The notes beneath the pieces were generated by a model. It was not told the DNA's origin. It was given only the letters and a program-made list of their open reading frames with translations, and ran no database searches. The position numbers and the translations under genes are program-made. From Escherichia phage LotteLoewe_Bas71, in sequence record PQ850615.1: 42,712 nucleotides of DNA. One strand, given 5' to 3'. Positions 35,866 through 42,712 of this stretch are shown piece by piece (position 1 is the stretch's first letter; each line of letters begins with the position of its first letter).

Positions 35866-35895
35866 TTGAAAGTTCTTGACACATGTTTGTATAAT
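35866..35895 (+). promoter_or_regulatory. rightward promoter in central control region (TTGAAA-N18-TATAAT)
   Basis: -35 TTGAAA 35866..35871, 18-nt spacer, consensus -10 TATAAT 35890..35895; divergent from promoter 35800..35828. Confidence 0.5.
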
Positions 35896-36094
35896 GGTTT
35901 TGGGACTTGTATATATTACGGAGTTGACGAACCCTCCCCGAGGGATTCGTCAACCCCTCCCAGACAGCTGAGATGCTTGCCTTGTGGTTTAAGGATAAGT
36001 GTATCTAAATCTCATTTAAAGAAGTAACCCGCTGAAATATCTACTGTTTCTTAATGTGCCGTAGATTCGCAACCGTAAAAATGTAACGATTATT

Positions 36095-36122
36095 GGGCAG
36101 GCTTAGGGCCTGCCCTTTAGTT
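36095..36122 (+). terminator. terminator-like hairpin ending the control-region transcript
   Basis: GGGCAGGC-TTAGG-GCCTGCCC followed by TTTAGTT. Confidence 0.4.
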
Positions 36123-36187
36123 ACCAAGTAATAAGAATAAAGGCACAACAGTTTCGAAAGAATCACAACGGCAACGTAACTATTCTC

Positions 36188-36216
36188 TTGCACACCCCAA
36201 CATAATAGGATACTAT
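36188..36216 (+). promoter_or_regulatory. early promoter, class A (TTGCAC-N17-TACTAT) with palindromic core
   Basis: -35 TTGCAC 36188..36193, 17-nt spacer, -10 TACTAT 36211..36216; core CATAATAGGATACTATTCA. Confidence 0.55.
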
Positions 36217-36241
36217 TCACTTATCGAAACGAGACAGAGGA

Positions 36242-36442
36242 GTGAGGGTTATGTTTAAGAAGGGTCAGTTGGTTAAAACTAAACGCGGAGGGCAATATGT
36301 ATTAGTGTTGCAGGACGAGAGCGAGTATGACGAGGATAATCTGGTTGACGTATGGGGTCTGGTAAGAAAGAAAACTGGGTTCGCCTCCCGCGATAATTTA
36401 GAACTCATCGGCAACAATTTTAAATTCAAAGGGGCGAAGTGA
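36242..36442 (+). CDS. hypothetical early protein (66 aa)
   Basis: First ORF after promoter 36188..36216 with conserved AACGAGA...GGAG leader. Confidence 0.45.
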   Translation: MRVMFKKGQLVKTKRGGQYVLVLQDESEYDEDNLVDVWGLVRKKTGFASRDNLELIGNNFKFKGAK

Positions 36443-36657
36443 TGGAAGAATTAATTTGTATTGAATCCCGCCAGGATGTGCAGGATTGGTTTGTGAAAGG
36501 TAACAAATATTCGTCAGGAGTATATTACAACGGCCGTCGATACGTTTTAGATGAAGACGGTGATGAATGGGATTTAGAGGACACTGTGGGCGAGACTTTA
36601 ACCGTTAGTTTTCTTCAATGTTGTTTCCGCATCATTCACAACGGCATCGAATCATGA
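36439..36657 (+). CDS. hypothetical early protein (72 aa)
   Basis: ATGA-coupled ORF. Confidence 0.4.
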   Translation: MMEELICIESRQDVQDWFVKGNKYSSGVYYNGRRYVLDEDGDEWDLEDTVGETLTVSFLQCCFRIIHNGIES

Positions 36658-36684
36658 GGCTCGTGCCGACGACTCTGAGGGAGG

Positions 36685-36885
36685 TTGCCGTTAATGAGAA
36701 TTCGTATAACTGATGTTGATTATGTGGACCCGCGCGATGGTGACGATTTGTCGCTTAGTTACTGGGGAGTTTCGGTAGGTGATGAGTTTGAGGTTTCCCT
36801 TGCTGGTTCCGATATGTTCATTATCGAATGTGACGCCGGATATGTGGTTGTGCACTCCTGTGAGTGTGAGGTTCTGGAGGACTAA
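36685..36885 (+). CDS. hypothetical early protein (66 aa)
   Basis: ORF with GAGGGAGG SD. Confidence 0.4.
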   Translation: MPLMRIRITDVDYVDPRDGDDLSLSYWGVSVGDEFEVSLAGSDMFIIECDAGYVVVHSCECEVLED

Positions 36886-36888
36886 GTT

Positions 36889-37032
36889 ATGAGAGAAGCA
36901 TTCGAACGGTGGGCCGTCGTCGAGGGTCTGCCGGTTAACAAGGGTTCAAAGAAAGAGTACCTGAACGTTAAGACGCGTCTTGCGTGGCGGGCGTGGAAAG
37001 CTGGTGCGCAAGCTGTGATGAATAAGGGGTGA
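36889..37032 (+). CDS. hypothetical early protein (47 aa)
   Basis: Short ORF tightly packed between neighbours; below ORF-track cutoff. Confidence 0.3.
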   Translation: MREAFERWAVVEGLPVNKGSKKEYLNVKTRLAWRAWKAGAQAVMNKG

Positions 37033-37035
37033 TTT

Positions 37036-37224
37036 ATGGGTAAGTGGATTAAGTGTAGTGAGCGGATGCCGGGTGACTTTGAAGATGTCCTGGTTTCGGA
37101 TGGTAGGTCTGTAGAAGTTATGTACCTCAGATTCGGCCTCTGGTACGTAACATCCCCGGATTCTGCTATTTGTGGGGATGAGGTTACACACTGGATGCCG
37201 CTACCAGAGCCGCCGGAAGTGTGA
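37036..37224 (+). CDS. hypothetical early protein (62 aa)
   Basis: ORF with AAGGGG SD; followed by terminator 37266..37296. Confidence 0.4.
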   Translation: MGKWIKCSERMPGDFEDVLVSDGRSVEVMYLRFGLWYVTSPDSAICGDEVTHWMPLPEPPEV

Positions 37225-37265
37225 TGTTATATTGTAACAATAGTTTGGGATTTTACTGAGTGACT

Positions 37266-37296
37266 TACGCTGCTACACAGCAGCGTATCATTTTTC
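37266..37296 (+). terminator. intrinsic terminator after first early operon
   Basis: TACGCTGCT-ACAC-AGCAGCGTA followed by TCATTTTTCTC. Confidence 0.55.
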
Positions 37297-37380
37297 TCAT
37301 TTTTGTTCTATTTCACCAAACGCAACAATCGAAGCGGCTATTGCAGGAGATGCAACAATACAAACACCAATAAAATTTAC

Positions 37381-37409
37381 TTGCACACTAATATAGAATA
37401 GGCTACTAT
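37381..37409 (+). promoter_or_regulatory. early promoter, class A (TTGCAC-N17-TACTAT)
   Basis: Same architecture and core (TAGAATAGGCTACTATTCA) as 36188; follows terminator 37266..37296. Confidence 0.55.
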
Positions 37410-37440
37410 TCATTTACACAAACGAGAGGAGAGACGGAAG

Positions 37441-37590
37441 ATGGTTACTTTGATGATTATGGAATTCGAAAACAGCGCCGCAACTTATCGCGAGATGACT
37501 ATGGCGCAGGCGTACCGCCTGGCCTCGAACGGCAACTTCTACAAGGCGCAAATCATCAATGAGTTCGGGGTAATTGACTATGAATTTTAG
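37441..37590 (+). CDS. hypothetical early protein (49 aa)
   Basis: First ORF after promoter 37381..37409; 22-bp leader CGAGAGGAGAGACGGAAGATGG. Confidence 0.4.
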   Translation: MVTLMIMEFENSAATYREMTMAQAYRLASNGNFYKAQIINEFGVIDYEF

Positions 37591-37852
37591 CAGCTACACC
37601 GTGACCGTTGATTTTGAGGGGCTGGAGTTGCCCCTCCCAAACAACTATCGGTATATAACTCGCGATAGTAATGGGTTTATTCAGGGGTGGCGGAACAAAC
37701 CGACAGACACTGAGTTCGGGATGTCGGGTGGGGAAGAGTTGCCAATCACGTTCGGACATCAGAGCAGCAATGAAGAGCTTAAAACGGTGATTCGTAAGTA
37801 TCGCCGACGCGGCAACACGGGGCTTATCGCAATAACAGGCGCTGTTGAATAG
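37580..37852 (+). CDS. hypothetical early protein (90 aa)
   Basis: ORF overlapping the upstream gene; ATG 37580 (alternative TTG 37574). Confidence 0.4.
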   Translation: MNFSSYTVTVDFEGLELPLPNNYRYITRDSNGFIQGWRNKPTDTEFGMSGGEELPITFGHQSSNEELKTVIRKYRRRGNTGLIAITGAVE

Positions 37853-37871
37853 GCGAGAGGAGAGACGGAAG

Positions 37872-38009
37872 ATGGGCGGGTACGGTAGCTGGACTTTAGG
37901 CGAACTGGTAGATGCTTACGAAATAATGGGCAGCACTTCGGTGTGCAACGGAGACACTAAATCGCTTCTAGTCGGGGCGGATGAGAAAAGGGGTGAAGCT
38001 GATGAGTAG
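37872..38009 (+). CDS. hypothetical early protein (45 aa)
   Basis: Preceded by an exact second copy of the 22-bp leader/start element (37854..37875). Confidence 0.35.
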   Translation: MGGYGSWTLGELVDAYEIMGSTSVCNGDTKSLLVGADEKRGEADE

Positions 38010-38700
38010 CAAAAACGAAGTATTCGAGTACCTGATTGACCAGTTACGGCAGCACGTAAATAACCACCCATACAAGCAACAGTGCGAAGACCTGGCACAT
38101 GAGGTGCTGTCACTTAAGAATCAGTTACGTGATGCGTCGGCGCTGGTGGCTGAGTTACAGGAAGACAACATTAAGAAATCTGAGCACATATCGCACCTGT
38201 CGGAACTGGTGGACGAGTTGATGGGGACTATAACGTTAATGAACGGGGACGTTGAGGCTCACAAAGTTCTACGCAAATGTGCGTGCGCCTATGGGCAATC
38301 CGGTTGTCGCGACGACGCCGCTCATATCGAGAAATCGTGGATTGAGCACGCTGGCGCCGCATGCCCTGTACCGGACGATACTGTTGTTGATATTAAATTC
38401 CGAAACAGCAAAATGGAAAGTAATACCAAAGCGCTATGGTGGAGTTGGGGCCTAAATGGCGGACCATACGAAATTGTTGCGTACCGTGTTGCCGCGCAAC
38501 AATGCAATAAGGACGATACTCGTGAGTGCGCGCATGATTGGGTGCTGGACGAAAAAGGGGACTACTTCATTTGCGCTAAATGCGGTAAGCAAGAAGCTGA
38601 ATTAATTGATTGCCGACACACTAATACCGTTGGTTTGCGTAAGGGTTTTGCGCCGGGGTTTACTAAAAAGTGTCTGGATTGCGGGGCTAAACTGAAATGA
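38002..38700 (+). CDS. hypothetical Cys-rich protein (232 aa)
   Basis: N-terminal predicted coiled coil, C-terminal CxxC pairs (CAKCGKQ ... CLDCGAK); start refined to ATG 38002. Confidence 0.45.
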   Translation: MSSKNEVFEYLIDQLRQHVNNHPYKQQCEDLAHEVLSLKNQLRDASALVAELQEDNIKKSEHISHLSELVDELMGTITLMNGDVEAHKVLRKCACAYGQSGCRDDAAHIEKSWIEHAGAACPVPDDTVVDIKFRNSKMESNTKALWWSWGLNGGPYEIVAYRVAAQQCNKDDTRECAHDWVLDEKGDYFICAKCGKQEAELIDCRHTNTVGLRKGFAPGFTKKCLDCGAKLK

Positions 38701-38900
38701 CCAGCATCTTATTTATTTGGGTATTGTCCGCTGGCCAGATGCAACTGGCGGCAGCAGAAACGTTTTATTCGATGGAGGCGTGCCAGTCAGCGGCACGCGC
38801 CGCAGAGAACGCGCACTTTCTGTTTCAGGGCGACAAGCCCAACGATTCAGAGGTACGCGCTATCTGCTCACCTAAGCGACTTGGTAAACAGGAGAGATAA
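38697..38900 (+). CDS. hypothetical small protein with hydrophobic N-terminus (67 aa)
   Basis: Signal-peptide-like N-terminus (ILFIWVLSAGQMQLAAA). Confidence 0.4.
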   Translation: MTSILFIWVLSAGQMQLAAAETFYSMEACQSAARAAENAHFLFQGDKPNDSEVRAICSPKRLGKQER

Positions 38901-38901
38901 C

Positions 38902-39087
38902 ATGGTACAGAGATACGATGTATGGTGCATAGAAGATATTTTTAAGAATAGCCACGACGGTAGCTATGTTAAATACGAAGACTACGCGAAACTCGAAGCC
39001 GAGTTGCAGAAATACAAGGACCAGTTCCCGGATTACGTCGAGTGCGCGAACTGTGGGTCAGTTACACATGTGGGAGGGGTGGAGTAA
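38902..39087 (+). CDS. hypothetical protein, paralog A (61 aa)
   Basis: Starts MVQRYDVW; GGAGAG SD; C-terminal CANCGS. Confidence 0.45.
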   Translation: MVQRYDVWCIEDIFKNSHDGSYVKYEDYAKLEAELQKYKDQFPDYVECANCGSVTHVGGVE

Positions 39088-39281
39088 TGGTACAGAGATA
39101 TGAGGTAAAAGCGTGGGGCCTGCCAGAGCCTGAGATGGCTGAGTACGCATACGGCGATTATGTAGAGTACGACGCTTATCTGAAACTTGAAGCAAAGTTA
39201 CGTGAATTCGCTAAGCAGGTGCTAGATAGCCCGTGTGACTGGAAGACAAATGAATTAGCGCGCGAGATTCTTGGAATATGA
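39087..39281 (+). CDS. hypothetical protein, paralog B (64 aa)
   Basis: Starts MVQRYEVK; shares N-terminus and YxxLEAxL core with paralog A; TAATG overlap. Confidence 0.45.
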   Translation: MVQRYEVKAWGLPEPEMAEYAYGDYVEYDAYLKLEAKLREFAKQVLDSPCDWKTNELAREILGI

Positions 39282-39571
39282 GCCTTGCAACTGACATCCT
39301 GAAACGAAGCGGCCTTGCGCCGCTGTCACCGAGAGCGAAGACACGAATATACAAGCGCCGCCGTAATGCGCTGTACCCTGAGATTCAGGCCAGACGCAAA
39401 GCAGTCCGCGCCTGCGGATTCCAGAACGGAAAGGCCGTGAATCTAGGAGAGTTTAAAACACAGGAACGCGCGGCAATCGCTAATCGGTTATTTAATTACT
39501 GGAAATCGCTCGGATACGATGATATTCCATCGAAACCGCAGAGACGACAATACATCTGGCGTCATAAATAA
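39278..39571 (+). CDS. hypothetical basic protein (97 aa)
   Basis: ATGA-coupled ORF; arginine/lysine-rich. Confidence 0.4.
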   Translation: MSLATDILKRSGLAPLSPRAKTRIYKRRRNALYPEIQARRKAVRACGFQNGKAVNLGEFKTQERAAIANRLFNYWKSLGYDDIPSKPQRRQYIWRHK

Positions 39572-39601
39572 ACCGTTATTAAGATAATTCCTAACCGTGC
39601 T

Positions 39602-39641
39602 ATCCTCCAGTTACTGCATACTTAATACGCACCTGGAGGAT
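39602..39641 (+). promoter_or_regulatory. stem-loop sequestering the holin Shine-Dalgarno
   Basis: ATCCTCCAG (39602..39610) pairs with CTGGAGGAT (39633..39641), which contains the GGAGGA SD for the TTG start at 39647. Confidence 0.45.
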
Positions 39642-39646
39642 TCATC

Positions 39647-39955
39647 TTGGATAAATTTACTGAAACAGTGACAGGCTGGCTTCTCGCTGCCGCACTAGCC
39701 GGAGGGGTAATCGGACTAAGGCAACATAAGTCCGCTATTTCCGGCCCTATCGACGGCTTCTGCTTTATTGCAACTGGCTTCACTTGCGCCGTATTTGGCG
39801 CACCTCTCGCAGCTCAATGGTTTGGAATCACGGGCGACCGTGAAATCGCAGGCCTGGGCTTCATTATCGCTATTCTCTGGATGCCTATCTATTCCCGTCT
39901 GTCCGGTATCGTCGCCGGAGAATACATCGCACGTCGAGGAGGCCCGGATGAATGA
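39647..39955 (+). CDS. holin
   Basis: 102 aa with predicted TM helices and charged C-terminus; TTG start with GGAGGA SD; adjacent to the endolysin. Confidence 0.55.
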   Translation: MDKFTETVTGWLLAAALAGGVIGLRQHKSAISGPIDGFCFIATGFTCAVFGAPLAAQWFGITGDREIAGLGFIIAILWMPIYSRLSGIVAGEYIARRGGPDE

Positions 39956-40214
39956 GTTATTCTGGTTCTGCGGTATGCTGGCAATCGGAGGCACATCGCT
40001 GTTTAATGTGTATCATCCCAGCGTTGACGACGGGCTATTTGGCCGGGTGCTCTATATCCTGACTGCTATTGTCTGCGCCGCAGGATGTATCCACCTGTTA
40101 CAGGGCAGCATGTCTCCGACGCTGCCTGAGACATTAATCACATTAGTTGCGCTGCGCCAGATTCGTCAGGCGTGGCTGTCATACGGAGGACATAAGCGTG
40201 TCTCGAAACATTAG
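39948..40214 (+). CDS. second small membrane protein of lysis cassette (holin/antiholin candidate)
   Basis: 88 aa with two hydrophobic segments; ATG 39948 with GAGGAGG SD; overlaps holin and endolysin. Confidence 0.45.
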   Translation: MNELFWFCGMLAIGGTSLFNVYHPSVDDGLFGRVLYILTAIVCAAGCIHLLQGSMSPTLPETLITLVALRQIRQAWLSYGGHKRVSKH

Positions 40215-40686
40215 CAACAATGGCATCAAATTCACCGCCGCGTTCGAGGGATTCCGCGGAACTGCGTATCGTGCTACGCCAAATGAGAAGTACCTGACTA
40301 TTGGGTACGGTCATTATGGGCCAGACGTAACGCCAGGCAAGACCATCACCCCGGGACAAGGCCTCCTGTTACTGAATCGTGATATGGCTAAGGCCGTAGC
40401 TGCGGTTGACGCAGCAGCACACCATTCATTGACACAGGCACAGTTCGATGCAGTGTGCGACCTGGTATACAACGCAGGTGCTGGTGTGATTGCAGCTACT
40501 ACCGGCACGGGTAAGGCACTGCGTTCTGGTGATATTGCAACGCTGCGGGCTAAGCTGGCGCTGTTCATCAACCAGAACGGCAAACCGATACTTGGACTGC
40601 GTCGTCGTACCGCCGGACGTCTGGCACTGTTCGACGGTAAACCGTGGCAAGAGGCAGAGGCTATTGGGCGCGCGGTGAAAGGTTGA
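40198..40686 (+). CDS. endolysin, phage lysozyme (GH24-like)
   Basis: Lysozyme-like region (IKFTAAFEGFRGTAYRATPNEKYLTIGYGH); GTG start with GGAGGA SD; followed by a terminator. Confidence 0.7.
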   Translation: MSRNISNNGIKFTAAFEGFRGTAYRATPNEKYLTIGYGHYGPDVTPGKTITPGQGLLLLNRDMAKAVAAVDAAAHHSLTQAQFDAVCDLVYNAGAGVIAATTGTGKALRSGDIATLRAKLALFINQNGKPILGLRRRTAGRLALFDGKPWQEAEAIGRAVKG

Positions 40687-40753
40687 CACCTGAGACTAAT
40701 CCGACGATACTTAAATCACCTCCTGTCCCATACCTCTGCTCTCCAGTTTTATC

Positions 40754-40782
40754 CCGGCCCTGACCCAGCCGGGATTTTTTTT
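40754..40782 (+). terminator. intrinsic terminator after lysis cassette
   Basis: CCCGGC-loop-GCCGGG followed by T8. Confidence 0.65.
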
Positions 40783-40804
40783 ATCTATTTTCTGCAATGA
40801 CTAG

Positions 40805-40833
40805 TTGACTATTACCTACGACCCTATTATATT
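40805..40833 (+). promoter_or_regulatory. rightward promoter (TTGACT-N17-TATATT)
   Basis: Canonical sigma70 spacing; sits right after terminator 40754..40782; spacer carries CCCTATTATAT, related to the shared core. Confidence 0.55.
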
Positions 40834-40866
40834 TACTCCATCGACAACGAGAACGGAGTAGAGAAG

Positions 40867-41115
40867 ATGAGTAACGTACAGACAATCGCAATAACCGAGG
40901 AACTTGAAGCCAAATGTATCGCATGGACTATGGGTAATGACCAGGTTGCTATGCGTAAATTTCCAATGAAAATCACAGACATCGAAGCATTCAAAGATGC
41001 ACAACTGATGGCACGTATTGCCGTTGGCAACCTGAGCAACAATATCCCGGCGGACGCGTTCTGGGCTGCGGCGATGCAGACACTTAAAGCAGCTTATGCA
41101 GGAGAGAAGAAATGA
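40867..41115 (+). CDS. hypothetical protein (82 aa)
   Basis: First ORF after promoter 40805..40833; leader ACGAGAACGGAG. Confidence 0.4.
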   Translation: MSNVQTIAITEELEAKCIAWTMGNDQVAMRKFPMKITDIEAFKDAQLMARIAVGNLSNNIPADAFWAAAMQTLKAAYAGEKK

Positions 41116-41264
41116 CAGTCTATGTCGTAGAAGGGCGTAACGAATATGAAGACCCCGAAGTATTGGGTGTGTTCGGCGCCGAGGAATCGGCGAAGCACTT
41201 TGTTGACATGGAACAGGGCACTTACGACTTTTTCTCAGTTACAGAATGGGAGGTACAACAATGA
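41112..41264 (+). CDS. hypothetical protein (50 aa)
   Basis: ATGA-coupled short ORF. Confidence 0.3.
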   Translation: MTVYVVEGRNEYEDPEVLGVFGAEESAKHFVDMEQGTYDFFSVTEWEVQQ

Positions 41265-41419
41265 GTGAACAAGGACCAGTAAGCCAACCATTACGGGTAG
41301 GCCGTAAAGTCAGTAACACCCCGTTCCCGTCACGCGAGGAACTGATGAAACGCAACAGTTTCCCCGGGCCGGACAAGAACAAGTATCTTAATCGCATGTG
41401 GGGAGAGCGTAAAGAATGA
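41261..41419 (+). CDS. hypothetical protein (52 aa)
   Basis: ATGA-coupled short ORF. Confidence 0.3.
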   Translation: MSEQGPVSQPLRVGRKVSNTPFPSREELMKRNSFPGPDKNKYLNRMWGERKE

Positions 41420-41601
41420 CTGACCGCGAATATGAAAAGATGATGGTTGAGGCCGTTAACAGCGGCGTAGACATCGGACACGTGATGCGCGTCCTGAATA
41501 CTAAAATCGCGGTAGCCGAGCAAATGGTGGAGTCGCTTTATGAGACGCGCCGCGAACTGATTAACCGCTTCAACCTGAACAAAGGTGACACCAATGCCTA
41601 A
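41416..41601 (+). CDS. hypothetical protein (61 aa)
   Basis: ATGA-coupled ORF. Confidence 0.35.
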   Translation: MTDREYEKMMVEAVNSGVDIGHVMRVLNTKIAVAEQMVESLYETRRELINRFNLNKGDTNA

Positions 41602-41872
41602 AATCACAATTGCATCGCTCGAGCGCCGTATTATGGTGCTTGAGTCGGAGAAACAGACGTTAGGCGGGCAACTGTCAATTAACGGTGAGTTTCAACTGGA
41701 GGCGTTTAAAGAGCTACAAGCCATCGCGTCTGACATAGAAAATATGATTGGATTGTTGCAATCCGGGGAGTGGGCCGAACACTGCACTAAATCGGCGTTA
41801 GGAAAACGGCTTGAGACGGAGATTACTGACATGCTGAGTTGTCTTGTTGAGGCGCCAGATGAGCACGCCTGA
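41594..41872 (+). CDS. hypothetical protein (92 aa)
   Basis: ORF with internal ATG start 41594. Confidence 0.35.
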   Translation: MPKITIASLERRIMVLESEKQTLGGQLSINGEFQLEAFKELQAIASDIENMIGLLQSGEWAEHCTKSALGKRLETEITDMLSCLVEAPDEHA

Positions 41873-42041
41873 GCCGGTAGTTATCGATGGCGTCCTGTGG
41901 AAACCTTACTCGGTTAACCACATCGACGCCGATGGGAAGAAGTTCAGTTTCTACATTTTTGCGATTAGCCGTGAGCACGCTGCGTGTGTAGTAGACGATA
42001 TACGAGAAACGGCGTGGCTTGGCGATGAGATAGTGGGGTGA
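41859..42041 (+). CDS. hypothetical protein (60 aa)
   Basis: ORF overlapping the upstream gene; ATG 41859. Confidence 0.3.
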   Translation: MSTPEPVVIDGVLWKPYSVNHIDADGKKFSFYIFAISREHAACVVDDIRETAWLGDEIVG

Positions 42042-42128
42042 GAGCATGAGTCTTGAGGTTGTTATAAGTCTGGTTGGTCTTAGTTACTTCATTGGGCTAT
42101 TGGTCGGTTTTCTGTGGGGTAGATACTA

Positions 42129-42299
42129 ATGTTCAGCGACATCAACGCAGCAATCGAAGAAGCAATCTGGCGCCGTTACAACGGCGAGCAACAGCGTCAC
42201 TTCTGCCTGGTGCAACGTGGTAACATGGTCGCCGTGGTGCAGGACCGCGATAACAAATATCCGAATGCGATGTGGACAACGAGGAATTTCTTAGGATGA
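42129..42299 (+). CDS. hypothetical protein (56 aa)
   Basis: Short ORF; preceded by a possible 27-aa hydrophobic peptide ORF at 42046..42129. Confidence 0.3.
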   Translation: MFSDINAAIEEAIWRRYNGEQQRHFCLVQRGNMVAVVQDRDNKYPNAMWTTRNFLG

Positions 42300-42532
42300 T
42301 TACCAGCATTCCTAACCTGATTAAAGAATATGGCACGATGGCCGAGACATGCCGACAAACCGGCATCAACGAAATGACTATTGCTAAGTACAGCAAAGAT
42401 GTTAACTGCGATCGCCACGTAATTTTTAACAACCGTCTGATGACGCACGTTAAGACAAGCCCGGTGTTATTCACGCGCCGGGGTATCACTAAAACAGAGC
42501 AACGCATTGCTAAAGAGGAGAGTGGGGAATGA
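42296..42532 (+). CDS. hypothetical protein (78 aa)
   Basis: ATGA-coupled ORF (start refined to ATG 42296). Confidence 0.35.
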   Translation: MITSIPNLIKEYGTMAETCRQTGINEMTIAKYSKDVNCDRHVIFNNRLMTHVKTSPVLFTRRGITKTEQRIAKEESGE

Positions 42533-42634
42533 GACTACTAGTCTTTCCGAATTCCTGGGCTATCGCCGTAGCTAACGACCATTACGGCGGCGACGGTAAA
42601 CGAGCGCCACGCCACGGCCTATATAACTGATACA

Positions 42635-42658
42635 AGCCCTCTACGGAGGGCTTTTCTG
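42635..42658 (+). terminator. intrinsic terminator-like hairpin near window end
   Basis: AGCCCTC-TACG-GAGGGCT followed by TTTCTG. Confidence 0.45.
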
Positions 42659-42712
42659 TACATCCCGCCCAATCCCCTTATATAATCCCTTTAGACGCGT
42701 AGGGCGCGTCTG

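Overview
The window reads as a near-complete ~42.7 kb genome of a tailed, siphovirus-like dsDNA phage, with enterobacterial-style AGGAGG ribosome-binding sites and sigma70-like promoters. Everything here is from reading the sequence and the ORF track by eye; no database search was run. There are three transcriptional blocks: (i) rightward packaging, head and tail genes (40..23763) that include a tape measure, a J-like tip protein and a pectate-lyase-fold tailspike; (ii) a leftward replication and DNA-metabolism arm (35768..23792) with a family-A DNA polymerase, primase-helicase, Cas4/RecB-like nuclease, gp2.5-like SSB, VRR-NUC nuclease, C5-cytosine methyltransferase and SNF2 helicase; (iii) a rightward block of small early genes plus holin and endolysin (36242..42627) that runs on into the terminase. 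No integrase, rRNA, tRNA or CRISPR array was seen. The most interesting signals are a reused palindromic promoter/operator element (AATAG-N4-CTATTCA) at nine or more sites, firing in either direction and sometimes both; two opposite-strand accessory cassettes inside the morphogenesis genes (a 67-aa acidic protein, and a secreted-protein / HTH-metallophosphoesterase / small-protein operon); and an Rz/Rz1 spanin pair displaced into the head module behind a distinct candidate late-promoter motif. Further signals are an Ig-like ORF after the major capsid gene with no initiation signals, a 'shifty-stop' -1 frameshift in the tail chaperone, a highly acidic first-transcribed early protein, and a divergent control region that may encode a ~220-nt structured RNA. 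Functional calls for small ORFs are low-confidence, and the candidate novel systems are hypotheses.
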